Positions 20,061 through 30,336 of a DNA stretch of 64,000 nucleotides are shown piece by piece (within the stretch, counting starts at the first letter, position 1; the number at the start of each line of letters is the position of its first letter). This stretch comes from an uncultured Actinomycetes bacterium. Lineage in GTDB: Bacteria; SZUA-79; Acidulodesulfobacterales; Acidulodesulfobacteraceae. The notes beneath the pieces were generated by a model that worked only from the letters and a program-made list of their open reading frames with translations, did no database searches and was not told where the DNA came from. Both the position numbers and the translations under genes were made by a program. The stretch is taken from assembly GCA_964631685.1 (NCBI GenBank), contig CAZVZU010000004.1, positions 65,249-129,248 on the forward strand. The letters run 5' to 3'.

Positions 20061-20795
20061 TTAATCCTCCGCATCCGGCATATCAAAATTTGCATAAATG
20101 TTTTGAATACCGTCTATCTCTTCTAACGCATCCATTAGCTTAATCATTTGCTCTGCTTCTTTTCCTTTAACTTCTATATTTGTCTGGGGCAAATAGGAAA
20201 GCTCGTAAAACTTTTCCTTTAAGCCGTTAGATTCAAATGCAGATTTTACACTCTCTAAATCTTTTACATCGGTATAAACAAGAACCTCGTCTTCTTCGGT
20301 TTTTATATCTTCCGCTCCGGCATCGAGTGCAATCTCCATAACCTTATCTTCAGAGTGTATATTCGCATCGAATCCAATCACGCCTTTCTTGTTAAACATC
20401 CACAGAACACATCCGGGCTCTCCAAGACTACCCCCATGGCGGGACAATGCGTGCCTAACCTCTGAAACAGTCCTGTTTTTATTATCTGTTAGCGTATCTA
20501 TAAGCAATGCTACACCGGCGGGACCATATCCTTCGTATATTATTTCCTCGTAAGTTTCCCCTTCAAGCTCTCCCGCCCCTTTTTTGATGGCTCGCTCGAT
20601 GTTATCCTTGGGCATATTTGCAGCCTTAGCTTCATCAACAGCAAGTCTTAATCTTGGATTTGACGATATATCTTTACCGCCTATTTTTGTGCTTGTAATG
20701 ATCTCATGAATAATGTTGGTAAATATTTTACCCTTCTTTATATCTAATGCTCCTTTTTTTCTTTTGATCGTACTCCACTTACTGTGACCCGACAT
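20061..20795 (-). CDS. yebC: YebC/PmpR-family protein
   Basis: MSGHSKW, NPRLR, YEGYGPAG, TDNKNRT; usual position upstream of ruvC. Confidence 0.95.
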   Translation of the reverse strand: MSGHSKWSTIKRKKGALDIKKGKIFTNIIHEIITSTKIGGKDISSNPRLRLAVDEAKAANMPKDNIERAIKKGAGELEGETYEEIIYEGYGPAGVALLIDTLTDNKNRTVSEVRHALSRHGGSLGEPGCVLWMFNKKGVIGFDANIHSEDKVMEIALDAGAEDIKTEEDEVLVYTDVKDLESVKSAFESNGLKEKFYELSYLPQTNIEVKGKEAEQMIKLMDALEEIDGIQNIYANFDMPDAED

Positions 20796-21056
20796 AAAAC
20801 CTCCGTAACGTTATAAGGATGTCTTCTTTTACCGACTTACCGAATCCAATATTTTTATTGACCATATGTTATGGGAATGACTTCTATCGTATACGTAACA
20901 GGTCAATGTTATTATTTATTTATATTAAAGTCAAATTAATTAGCATAGGAATGTTGCCAGGAATAGTTACATTAAATTAGGCCACGGTAAATATCCGTAT
21001 ATTTTTAAAGTACCGGGGTGTGTCTATAATCGCCTAAAAATACTTTGCTTATTATA

Positions 21057-21141
21057 TGGTGCGAAAGGGGGGAGTCGAACCCCCATGGGTTTCCCCGCTG
21101 GATTCTAAGTCCAGTGCGTATACCAGTTTCGCCACTCTCGC
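21057..21141 (-). tRNA. tRNA-Leu(TAG)
   Basis: Anticodon arm CTGGA-CTTAGAA-TCCAG, long variable arm, CCA end. Confidence 0.95.
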
Positions 21142-21222
21142 AAAGATAAACTTTTGAATCAGATAAGCTATATCAAAAATTAAAGAAAGGTATTAAGCGC
21201 GTTCGCTTATCGAAGTTTTTAA

Positions 21223-21299
21223 TGGCGGGGCCGACGGGGATCGAACCCGCGACCTCCGGCGTGACAGGCCGGCGTTCTAACCGTCTGAACTACAGCCCC
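21223..21299 (-). tRNA. tRNA-Asp(GTC)
   Basis: Anticodon arm CCGGC-CTGTCAC-GCCGG, CCA end. Confidence 0.95.
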
Positions 21300-21332
21300 G
21301 TTTAAGATATAAAACCTTTTTATACAGTCTCA

Positions 21333-21360
21333 ATTATAATAATTTAAGAGAAAAAGTCAA
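21333..21360 (-). promoter_or_regulatory. Promoter for tRNA-Asp/tRNA-Leu
   Basis: TTGACT-16 bp-TATAAT. Confidence 0.6.
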
Positions 21361-21389
21361 GGAATTAATGAAACTTACTAAACTTTACT

Positions 21390-21466
21390 TGGTAGGCGGA
21401 ACAGGGCTCGAACCTGTGACCCCCGGCGTGTAAAGCCGATGCTCTAACCAACTGAGCTACCCGCCC
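21390..21466 (-). tRNA. tRNA-Val(TAC)
   Basis: Anticodon arm TCGGC-TTTACAC-GCCGG, CCA end. Confidence 0.95.
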
Positions 21467-21597
21467 GTGAACCAATGACTACAAAAAACAGAATTACCCC
21501 GGTTTTCAACCTTACGGATCCTTTTCGGGCTTCCTGTTTTCACTAAAACTTCATTTTATACTCGCGCGTCCATTTATGAATGCCAACGGACACAGAC

Positions 21598-21632
21598 CGC
21601 CCCCGTTTTTATATATCTAAAAAACGAGAGCG
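21598..21632 (-). terminator. Hairpin downstream of hup
   Basis: CGCTCTCGTTTTT/AAAAACGGGGGCG stem with G-U pairs on the minus strand. Confidence 0.55.
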
Positions 21633-21659
21633 AAAAATTAAATCACAGTATAAAATTAC

Positions 21660-21941
21660 CTACTTTCCAGAATTAACTGCTTCTTTAAAAGATTTTCCGG
21701 GCTTAAACTTTGGAGACTTAGATGCCTTAATTTGAATCTCTTCACCTGTCTGAGGATTCCTTCCTTTTCTTGCCGCCCTTTTAGTAACTTCAAATGTGCC
21801 AAAACCGACAAGCCGAACAACATCATTCTTTTTAAGAGCGTTAATGATGGCGCCAATCGTCGCACTAAGCGCTTTTTCACTATCAGTCTTAGTAAGCTTG
21901 GAGAGTTTTGCAATTGCATCTACCAATTCTGCTTTTGTCAT
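21660..21941 (-). CDS. hup: DNA-binding protein HU
   Basis: MTKAELVDAIA, GFGTF, GRNPQTGE. Confidence 0.96.
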   Translation of the reverse strand: MTKAELVDAIAKLSKLTKTDSEKALSATIGAIINALKKNDVVRLVGFGTFEVTKRAARKGRNPQTGEEIQIKASKSPKFKPGKSFKEAVNSGK

Positions 21942-22167
21942 ACCTGACTTCCTCCTTTACGTTTTAAGGGTTTAATAGTTAACTTTTTAATAATTACTAC
22001 TCAATACTCAATGTCCGCAAGGGCTCATATAAACATACTTAATATATATACATTTCCATTATGTATGTCAATAAAAAAACTACTCTGCCCCTGGGTTTGC
22101 AAACTAACACATCGCGTTAACTACTTTACGCCGATGTTACGGGAGCGACTCAACGCCGCAAGACTGG

Positions 22168-23505
22168 CTATCGGCCGTACTTAGCCTGGCTATCCTTTTC
22201 GTAGAGAAGGATAGGAAGTCCATTATTTTTAATTACATCGTCGTTGATAATACATTCCTTAATCGTCAGGTCCGTCGGTATGTCGTACATGACATCCAAC
22301 ATCACAGATTCTAAAATAGTCCTTAACCCTCTTGCCCCAGAACCATGCGCTACCGCCTTTTTTGTAATTTCCTTAATTGCAGAATCGGTAAATCTCAAAT
22401 TAACATTTTCCAACTCAAATAATTTTTGATACTGTTTTACCAAGGCATTTTTAGGCTTCGTCAGAATTTCGATAAGAGCATCCTTATCCAACTCTCCAAG
22501 TGTGGCTATAACCGGTAGTCTGCCGATGAATTCTGGAATAAGTCCATAGTCTAATAAATCTCTAGTCTCAACCTGCTTGATCACTTCGTAAGGATCGACT
22601 GATTTACCAGACTTTGAAATTGTGTTGAAACCTATCGGTTGGGAATGAATTCGCCTCTCGATAACTTTGTCTAAACCGTTAAATGCACCACCACAAATAA
22701 ATAGAATATTGCTTGTATCTATTCTGAGAAATTCTTGGTGCGGATGCTTCCTGCCGCCCTTTGGGGGAACATTTGCTATAGTACCTTCGATTATTTTTAA
22801 AAGCGCCTGCTGAACGCCCTCTCCTGAAACATCTCTCGTTATAGAAACATTATTCGATTTTTTTGTTATCTTGTCAATTTCATCCACATATATAATTCCT
22901 TTCTGAGCCCTTTCTATGTCATAATCCGCATTCTGCAAAAGAGATAGAAGAATACTTTCAACATCTTCGCCGACATACCCTGCTTCCGTAAGTGTCGTGG
23001 CATCGGCTATAACAAAGGGCAAATCAAGCATACGAGCAAGCGTTTGCGCCAAAAGCGTTTTACCGCTACCCGTAGGTCCAATTACTAAAATATTACTTTT
23101 TTGCATCTCAACATCCGGATATTTTTTATCTTTTTCGTTGTGTACCGTATCATTATCCGAACTTTTAACAGCAAGATTATGCTCTATCCTCTTGTAATGA
23201 TTATAAACTGCAACAGCAAGAACCTTCTTTGCTTTTTCTTGGCCTACTACATATTGATCTAAAAAAGTTTTAATCTCTACAGGCTTATATAAAGGGTTTT
23301 TAACCTTAATATCTGTACTGAGAGGCTTACTTTCCTCTGATATTATATCGTTACAAAGGCTAATGCATTCATCGCAAATGTAAACGGAAGGACCTGCTAT
23401 GAGTTTCCTGACCTCATCCTGCGACTTACCGCAAAAAGAGCAATAAAGCTCCCTCTCGGTGTTATCACCGTTACCATTACTGTTATTATTACTTTTTCTT
23501 GCCAT
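22168..23505 (-). CDS. clpX: Clp protease ATP-binding subunit ClpX
   Basis: CSFCGK zinc domain, [15 protein letters not shown] loop. Confidence 0.97.
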   Translation of the reverse strand: MARKSNNNSNGNGDNTERELYCSFCGKSQDEVRKLIAGPSVYICDECISLCNDIISEESKPLSTDIKVKNPLYKPVEIKTFLDQYVVGQEKAKKVLAVAVYNHYKRIEHNLAVKSSDNDTVHNEKDKKYPDVEMQKSNILVIGPTGSGKTLLAQTLARMLDLPFVIADATTLTEAGYVGEDVESILLSLLQNADYDIERAQKGIIYVDEIDKITKKSNNVSITRDVSGEGVQQALLKIIEGTIANVPPKGGRKHPHQEFLRIDTSNILFICGGAFNGLDKVIERRIHSQPIGFNTISKSGKSVDPYEVIKQVETRDLLDYGLIPEFIGRLPVIATLGELDKDALIEILTKPKNALVKQYQKLFELENVNLRFTDSAIKEITKKAVAHGSGARGLRTILESVMLDVMYDIPTDLTIKECIINDDVIKNNGLPILLYEKDSQAKYGR

Positions 23506-23564
23506 ATTTTTTATTACCTCTTTTGCTCTGATATCACACTAAATATTCTAAACTAACTAAAAAA

Positions 23565-24164
23565 TTATTTCACGCTTTTAATATTTTTTTTCTCTACAAC
23601 TTTGTCTACAATACCATACTCGACCGATTGTTCGCCACTCATATAAAAATCCCTCTCAGTATCAATTTGAATCTTATCTATCGGCTGGGCAGTATGTGTT
23701 GCAAGGATGAGATTTAACTCCTCTCTCATCCTAAGGATCTCCCTCGCTTGTATGTCAATATCGGTGGCCTGTCCTTGAAAGCCACCGGCCGGCTGATGTA
23801 TCATAATCCTGGAATGGGGAAGAGTGAACCTTTTCCCCTTTGCGCCTGCGGCTAAAAGCACAGCACCCATACTCGCCGCCTGCCCCATACAAAGCGTAGA
23901 AACATCCGGTTTTATATATTGCATAGTATCATAAATAGCAAGACCGGAGGTTATAACACCACCGGGGGAATTTATATAAATACTAATATCCTTTTCAGGG
24001 TCCTCCGACTCAAGAAATAACAATTGTGCTATGATTACATTTGCAAAACTATCGTCTATTGCCTCGCCTATAAATACAATCCTATCCTTTAGAAGACGAG
24101 AATAAATATCGTATGCCCTCTCCCCTCGATGTGTTTGTTCTATGACCATTGGAATAAGCGACAT
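23565..24164 (-). CDS. clpP: Clp protease proteolytic subunit
   Basis: [28 protein letters not shown]. Confidence 0.97.
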   Translation of the reverse strand: MSLIPMVIEQTHRGERAYDIYSRLLKDRIVFIGEAIDDSFANVIIAQLLFLESEDPEKDISIYINSPGGVITSGLAIYDTMQYIKPDVSTLCMGQAASMGAVLLAAGAKGKRFTLPHSRIMIHQPAGGFQGQATDIDIQAREILRMREELNLILATHTAQPIDKIQIDTERDFYMSGEQSVEYGIVDKVVEKKNIKSVK

Positions 24165-24216
24165 GTCCTTTGTTCTCCTTATAATTTATTTTTACTATGC
24201 AATGATATGCATATAT

Positions 24217-25455
24217 CTATACGTATGATACCTTATTTTCAAGAATAAAATCAAATATTTTATCATCAAGCAACGCATGCCTTAAGTTATTATTGGCTTC
24301 ATCAGATGTGTAAAACCCTCTTACCTCGTCTTCTTTTAAACCGGACTCGGCGACTGTTCTCTTATAAAATTCTTCAAAATCACTTTCTTCCACTTTAATA
24401 CTTTCTACTTCGGAAATCTTGGCAAATAATAAATATAATGCCAAATCACGTTTTGCCATAATTCTTAGTACATTCATTAAATTATCTTTTTGTTTACCGT
24501 CCGCATCCTTATATTTACCCTGTTTCTTTAGTTCCTCTAACCTCGTTAACGCATCTTCCTCAACTATGCTTTCCGGTAACTCTACCGGATTAAGCCTGAC
24601 AAGCTCATCAGATACGGCAATCCTAATAGATTCCTTATACCTCTTATTCTCGTAGCCTATAAGATTCTTTTTGACATATTCCTTGAATCCATCAATATCC
24701 TTAAAATCACCAAAATTTTTAATCGTAGCAACATTAAGTTCGGGCATTATTTTTTTATTTATCTCCTTGATAACGCCTTTTACCGTGACATTTCTCTCTT
24801 TGTCGTTATATTCAAAAGTATCACCCTTCTTTTTACCCACAAAAACAGATTCGAATAACTTGTCTATAATATTAGAATTAAGGCTTATTAAATAATTCTT
24901 GGCATTATCCACCTCTTTGCCCGTTTCATCTAATGTAATGTAATCTATTTTAATAAAATATCTATCGGTAGTGTTTATGGCAATAGATTCATCTTGTTCC
25001 TCACTATCTGCGGTTCGCTCAAGCAAAAAATCTATTTCTTCCTTAATAATATCTTCGGTTATTTCTCGTTTGTCTATAGCCTTAATCTTCATATCTAAAT
25101 TTAGATTTTGCACGGAAGGCATAACCTCAAAATGTATAGAATATTCATTATCGTCCTTTTCCTCAATATTTGGGGTTCCTACAACAATAATCTTTTTTTC
25201 GGCTAATATTTTCCTGAAATCCTCATTTAAAATCTCAGCCGTAGCCTCTTCGAGAAGTTCTGCCTCATAAAACTTTTTGATAATGGACAGCGGAGCCTTT
25301 CCCGGCCTAAAACCCTTTATACTGGACTTTTTAGCCGCATTTTCCAACTTCTTTTTCAAGAGCTCGTCAACCCTTGTACTATCTAATTTTAAACTAACCC
25401 TTTTTTTTATTGAGGTCTCATCCTCTATAGTGACATCGGCAACCGCATTATCCAT
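24217..25455 (-). CDS. tig: Trigger factor
   Basis: GFRPGKAP ribosome-binding motif; upstream of clpP. Confidence 0.92.
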   Translation of the reverse strand: MDNAVADVTIEDETSIKKRVSLKLDSTRVDELLKKKLENAAKKSSIKGFRPGKAPLSIIKKFYEAELLEEATAEILNEDFRKILAEKKIIVVGTPNIEEKDDNEYSIHFEVMPSVQNLNLDMKIKAIDKREITEDIIKEEIDFLLERTADSEEQDESIAINTTDRYFIKIDYITLDETGKEVDNAKNYLISLNSNIIDKLFESVFVGKKKGDTFEYNDKERNVTVKGVIKEINKKIMPELNVATIKNFGDFKDIDGFKEYVKKNLIGYENKRYKESIRIAVSDELVRLNPVELPESIVEEDALTRLEELKKQGKYKDADGKQKDNLMNVLRIMAKRDLALYLLFAKISEVESIKVEESDFEEFYKRTVAESGLKEDEVRGFYTSDEANNNLRHALLDDKIFDFILENKVSYV

Positions 25456-25516
25456 TAAAATCCCCTTAGTTTATTAATTTAATTTATAATTAATTTTTAT
25501 TATATTATATGATTAA

Positions 25517-27421
25517 TTAGCCGACAAATATAGGTCTCTTTGAAAGCATATCAGGAAGAACCAAGTTTCTATATGGCATATTTTTAGTCTCGTCTTTAAT
25601 TTCTTTTACCAACTCTTCAGGGCTAAGGCTAAAATTTTTTCTTTCTTTATACCTATCCCTGACTGACAATACGCCATTATCTGCCTCTTTACGCCCGACT
25701 ACTACGATATATGGAACCCAATCTTCTTCGGCAAACATAACCTTTTTGCCAAGACTAAAATCCCTATCGTCTATATCAACCCTCACACCTGAACTAAAAA
25801 TTTTTTCCTTAATCTTAACGGCAAAATCCAAGAATTTATCAGATACCGGCACTATCCTTACCTGCGTAGGGCTGAGCCATAAAGGCAAAACCGGAATATC
25901 TTTTTTAAGTGCTTCCTCAAGCACAAGATACATCCATCTTTCTATTGCACCAATAGAAGAATGGCATATTATGCATCCTTCCTTTTCTCCTTTTTCGTTT
26001 ACAAAATTTATACCGTATCTCCCGGCATCTTCAACATCAAGCTGAACAGTGGAAAGTTGGCACGAACCGTTAACAGAATCAACCCCTTGAAATTCATGCT
26101 TAAGTGCCCAATAATGTTTCATTTTAGATAATGTTTCTATAAGGGCAGGCTTCTTTGAATATTTCAAAAGTTCTACGATTTTATCCTTGTACTTGTGATA
26201 GTACTCTTCAACTATTCTAAAAACAACTGCATATTCAATTTTTGCAGCCTCGGCTAAATCCGCATATTTCTTATAAAGCTCCGCATACTCATTAAATCCC
26301 TCTTCTAAATTAAGACAAAAACTATGTATATCAGGCATTGTAAAGCCCCTTAATCTTCTTAGTCCGGATAACTCCCCGCTCTTTTCATACCTAAAACTCT
26401 TTGAGAACTCATAGAATCTCAGCGGCAACTGCTTGTAGCTAATTTTAGTATCCTTGAGCATTGAAAAAAGCCCAAAATCCCCGGCAAACCTTAAAACAAA
26501 CTCCTTATCCTGCGCAAATCTGCCAACCTCTGATTTTTCATCCGGAACAAAAATAGAATAATGCCGCTCATGGAAAGACTCGCCCTGCCCTCTAATCTCA
26601 GGCTTATTCCAGTTGTATATCAAGGGAGTTTCAATCTCCATACACCTTAATTGATTTAGTGCAATATCTTCTGCCCAATCGGAGATAAGTTTATATAATA
26701 ATGTTCCCTTAGGATAAAGCCTCAAATGGCCGGAATCTGAATTTTCCTCGTAATCGGCTATTTCCAATCGCTTCATAGCTGACACTGAAGGCGGGGTCAC
26801 ACCGTCTTTTATTTTAAATTCCTCAAACGCTATAACCTTCTTCAGGGATGGATAATCTTTTAAAATTTCACTGTTTAATACTTTTTTGTCTTTTAAATCT
26901 AGCTTGGTCTCAAAACCGTTGTAACCCAATATAAAAAATTTGCTTTCTACATCTTTTACAGATTCTTCTCTTGTTTTTCGTTTTAAGGGCTTTTCAACTG
27001 AGATATGCCGAGATGACTCGCTTAAAGGGTGGCCCTTGCAAGATATTTTGAAACTTTTATACCATCCAAAGGGAGACCTGTGAACCGATTCGATAGATTC
27101 CAGTTTCTTTTTTAAAGCATTGAGTATTTCAACAGCAAAAGAAGGCTCTGCAAGACTGCTTGACAAGTGAGCATAAGGATACAAGACTATAACCTGAGGT
27201 TTCAGCTTTTCGGCAATACTTTTTATTTCGTGAAAAGCCTTACTTATAACTAAGCTAGCATCTGCCTTATCACTCTTTTCTACGGTGCAGAAAACGACCA
27301 ACGGCTCATCAAACGACAACTCCGATTCTCCAACAGGATTAAAATCCATCTCTTCGGCAACTGGCGTCTTCCCTGTCAAAGAATAGCTAAAGAAATCGGC
27401 ATGTATAATTAATAGTTGCAT
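25517..27421 (-). CDS. thrS: Threonine--tRNA ligase, archaeal type (N-terminal DTD-like editing domain)
   Basis: MQLLIIHAD, LYPYAHLS, PFGWYKSF, CKGHPLSE; catalytic FRYEKSGEL, RLRGFTMPD, QLSTVQLD, GAIER, PLWLSPTQVR. Confidence 0.92.
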   Translation of the reverse strand: MQLLIIHADFFSYSLTGKTPVAEEMDFNPVGESELSFDEPLVVFCTVEKSDKADASLVISKAFHEIKSIAEKLKPQVIVLYPYAHLSSSLAEPSFAVEILNALKKKLESIESVHRSPFGWYKSFKISCKGHPLSESSRHISVEKPLKRKTREESVKDVESKFFILGYNGFETKLDLKDKKVLNSEILKDYPSLKKVIAFEEFKIKDGVTPPSVSAMKRLEIADYEENSDSGHLRLYPKGTLLYKLISDWAEDIALNQLRCMEIETPLIYNWNKPEIRGQGESFHERHYSIFVPDEKSEVGRFAQDKEFVLRFAGDFGLFSMLKDTKISYKQLPLRFYEFSKSFRYEKSGELSGLRRLRGFTMPDIHSFCLNLEEGFNEYAELYKKYADLAEAAKIEYAVVFRIVEEYYHKYKDKIVELLKYSKKPALIETLSKMKHYWALKHEFQGVDSVNGSCQLSTVQLDVEDAGRYGINFVNEKGEKEGCIICHSSIGAIERWMYLVLEEALKKDIPVLPLWLSPTQVRIVPVSDKFLDFAVKIKEKIFSSGVRVDIDDRDFSLGKKVMFAEEDWVPYIVVVGRKEADNGVLSVRDRYKERKNFSLSPEELVKEIKDETKNMPYRNLVLPDMLSKRPIFVG

Positions 27422-27426
27422 ATCAA

Positions 27427-28254
27427 TTAAAAGTCATTAGGAAGATTCTCAAGTTCTTTTGCTGTAAAAACGGGTCCGTCCTTACATACATAAACACTTC
27501 CTACATTACATCTTCCGCATTTGCCCAATCCGCATTTCATTCTATTTTCAAGTGTTGTAATAATATTTTCTTTATCAAAACCCATCTTTTCTTCTAGCGA
27601 TTTCAATGAAAACTTTATCATAATTGGGGGTCCGCAAACAATAGCAACGCTGTTTTCCCCTTTTAAGGGAAGCTCTTCTAAAATGGTAGGAACAAAACCT
27701 ACTTTCCCTACCCAATTGGGGGTCTCTCCGCCCGGATCAACGGTAATGACTACATCTGTGTTCTTATGCTTTCTCCAATCATCGAATATATCTTTATATA
27801 AAAGATCGGCCACGGTTCTCGCCCCATATAGAACGGTTATCTTACCGTAATCATCCCGTTTGTCAAAACAATATTCAAGAATAGATTTCACCGGCGCCAT
27901 ACCTATTCCGCCGCCAATAAAGACAAGATTCTTACCCTTCATCTTTGATGTATCAAAATGGTTGCCGTATGGTCCCCTGAAGGACAGTTTATCGCCGGGA
28001 TTTAATCCGTTCATACCGGTAGTTGCTCTACCGGAAGTCCTAAAGCTAAATTCAAAAAAATCCTTTCTCAATGGAGACGATGAAAATCCAAAGGTCGATT
28101 CGCCCTCACCTATAACCGAGAATTCTCCAAACTGACCCGGCAAAAAAAATGTGCTCGCGCCATCTATGGTTAGACGAATAGTTTTAGTATCATTCGTCTC
28201 CTGAATTATCTCCTTTATTTCTGCCATCTTAGGTAAATAAATATTTTCCATCAA
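27427..28254 (-). CDS. flxA: FAD/NAD(P)H oxidoreductase FlxA (PyrK/AsrB-like)
   Basis: PGQF, RGPYG, GGGIGMAP, CGPPIM, MKCGLGKCGRC [2Fe-2S] motif; operon position. Confidence 0.85.
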   Translation of the reverse strand: MMENIYLPKMAEIKEIIQETNDTKTIRLTIDGASTFFLPGQFGEFSVIGEGESTFGFSSSPLRKDFFEFSFRTSGRATTGMNGLNPGDKLSFRGPYGNHFDTSKMKGKNLVFIGGGIGMAPVKSILEYCFDKRDDYGKITVLYGARTVADLLYKDIFDDWRKHKNTDVVITVDPGGETPNWVGKVGFVPTILEELPLKGENSVAIVCGPPIMIKFSLKSLEEKMGFDKENIITTLENRMKCGLGKCGRCNVGSVYVCKDGPVFTAKELENLPNDF

Positions 28255-28298
28255 CTATCACTCCAGTTTAATATTTGTAAATTAAGGTAAAAATAGTT

Positions 28299-29318
28299 CT
28301 ACAGCAACGTTAAATCTCTTACAACTTCCTTAAGATCTATATCTTCTGGGCAATTCCTTGAGCATCTGCCGCACCCAACACATAAATATTTATCAAATTT
28401 CTCACTATATATTTTGAACTTATGCATAAGCCTCTGCCTATATCTATCTCCCTGTGTATTTCTTGGATTATGCCCCGATGTATGAAGCGTAAATAACGCA
28501 AACTGACAGGAATCCCAATTCTTAATCCTCTTGCCCTCTTTCATATTTCCTTCATCTTGAATATCGAAACAGTGGCAGGTAGGACACGTATATGTGCAAA
28601 TCCCGCAACCTATGCAGGACAAAAACCTATTCTGAAAATAGTCGTGATCGAAATTATTATCCAAAAAACTCTTCGCTTTTTCGACTTCAAATGTCTTCTT
28701 CCAGTCTTGCTCTGACGGCATTTTATCCTTAGAAATATCGCTTAAAAGGCTCATATAAGGCTTGAGAAGATCGAGCCCTTTTTCACTTACAATGGTAACA
28801 AAATATTTGCCGTCACCCTTTTTGAGCAGTATATCCGAACCGTGTGAGCTTTCAGGCGAAAGCTGCATCTCCGTGCAAAAACAGTAATTATCGGGTTTTT
28901 CACATGCTATAGAAATAATGGTTAAATTATTAAACCGCTCATTGAAAAATCCATCCTTATAACCCCAGTTAAAAACCTTTTCCATTATAGGGCCAGCCGC
29001 AGCATCACAGGGTCTTGAACCAAAAATTACTCTCTTCTTGTTCTCGCCGCTGCACATGTCAAGACCGTCTTTGAGATCTATATCCACACCCGAAAAGGAA
29101 TACTCAAACAGTGTTTCCGTCTTTGGAAGAAGATACTCTTTATACGATACCTTAGGTAAAAGCACATCAAGGTTTGCATCTGCAAATCTATCTATTTTTC
29201 CATAAAAAGTGTCTCCGTCCTTATCCATCGGGGCTATAACTTCAAACGCATCCGACACTAAAGAATCGACAAGCTTTTCCAGATTTTCTATTCCGATCTC
29301 AAAATATTTTTCTTCCAT
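28299..29318 (-). CDS. flxB: 4Fe-4S protein FlxB (AsrA-like)
   Basis: RPCD, CFC, CIGCGICTYTCPTCHCF, CVGCGRCSRNCP. Confidence 0.85.
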   Translation of the reverse strand: MEEKYFEIGIENLEKLVDSLVSDAFEVIAPMDKDGDTFYGKIDRFADANLDVLLPKVSYKEYLLPKTETLFEYSFSGVDIDLKDGLDMCSGENKKRVIFGSRPCDAAAGPIMEKVFNWGYKDGFFNERFNNLTIISIACEKPDNYCFCTEMQLSPESSHGSDILLKKGDGKYFVTIVSEKGLDLLKPYMSLLSDISKDKMPSEQDWKKTFEVEKAKSFLDNNFDHDYFQNRFLSCIGCGICTYTCPTCHCFDIQDEGNMKEGKRIKNWDSCQFALFTLHTSGHNPRNTQGDRYRQRLMHKFKIYSEKFDKYLCVGCGRCSRNCPEDIDLKEVVRDLTLL

Positions 29319-29338
29319 TATACAAACTCTCCCGCATC

Positions 29339-30238
29339 TTACTTTATAAACTCGTTAAAATCACTTTCGCTAAATACTCCGAATACCGGTTTGGCATCAA
29401 TATCAAGCCCGGATTTATACCCAAATAGGTCGTATGTATCCCTTGCCATTTTTTCGTTAATAAGCATTAGGGGAATATTCACAGGACAAGCGCGCTCACA
29501 CTCACCGCAGCCTATGCAACGTCCTGATAAATGATAAGCCCTGATCAAATTCCACTGGGCATTGCCTGTCTCCTCAAGGTTGGTATCTATCCATTGCGGC
29601 ACATTCTTTTCGACAATACATCTGGAACAATAACATAAAGGACATGCCTGCCTGCAAGCATAGCACTTAATGCACTTATCAAACTCTTTCTCCCAGAAGG
29701 CATCCTTTTCTTCGGAACCCATAGCGTCCAACTCTTCTATTTTCGCATAAGGCTTGATATTGCCCGATATAACGAGCTTAGGATCTGCGCACTCGATAAG
29801 ATAATCATGCAAGATAGGCTCATGCTCACTACAAATAAGGCACTTATCGTAAACAGTATTTTCTGAAAGATCGGACTCGCCTTTGTCGGCAAGACTTTGC
29901 CTTATCACGCCGTTACATTCAACGCCGATTATCTTTATATTTTCTCTCGCAACTTGGTACTCTTGTATCAATGCGTTAAGTGCTTTTTCATCGCAACCCT
30001 TAACCACTATGCCTATTCTGCCAAATTTTTTAACCTCTTGTTTCTTTAAAAATACAGCTAGATCCTGAACAGAATGACGGTTAAACAATAGCTTACTCGT
30101 ATCCTCCGGCTTGGTAATAAACACCGGACGCATTCTTTTAGGGTGTGAACCCTCGGTATAGCCGATTATCAGGCTAACCTCTTTACTTTCCAAGAGGTCT
30201 TTTGCTATCTTTTGCAACTTTTCGTCTATATTTGCCAT
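29339..30238 (-). CDS. flxC: 4Fe-4S protein FlxC
   Basis: KGCD, CIKCYACRQACPLCYC, RCIGCGECERACP. Confidence 0.82.
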   Translation of the reverse strand: MANIDEKLQKIAKDLLESKEVSLIIGYTEGSHPKRMRPVFITKPEDTSKLLFNRHSVQDLAVFLKKQEVKKFGRIGIVVKGCDEKALNALIQEYQVARENIKIIGVECNGVIRQSLADKGESDLSENTVYDKCLICSEHEPILHDYLIECADPKLVISGNIKPYAKIEELDAMGSEEKDAFWEKEFDKCIKCYACRQACPLCYCSRCIVEKNVPQWIDTNLEETGNAQWNLIRAYHLSGRCIGCGECERACPVNIPLMLINEKMARDTYDLFGYKSGLDIDAKPVFGVFSESDFNEFIK

Positions 30239-30336
30239 ATGATATCCTAAAAGTTAAATTTAAACCTGCCCATGTTCTCTTTTTTCAATCTTATATATGA
30301 AAAAAGAAATGGGCAGAGACCCACATTTAATTTATA

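Noticed and set aside
20857..20907. Imperfect inverted repeat upstream of yebC as a regulatory RNA
   Set aside because: Weak interrupted pairing that overlaps the predicted -10; no known motif
21656..21947. Alternative-frame and antisense ORFs over hup, and similar short ORFs across the window
   Set aside because: They lie within well-supported genes and have no motifs; shadow ORFs
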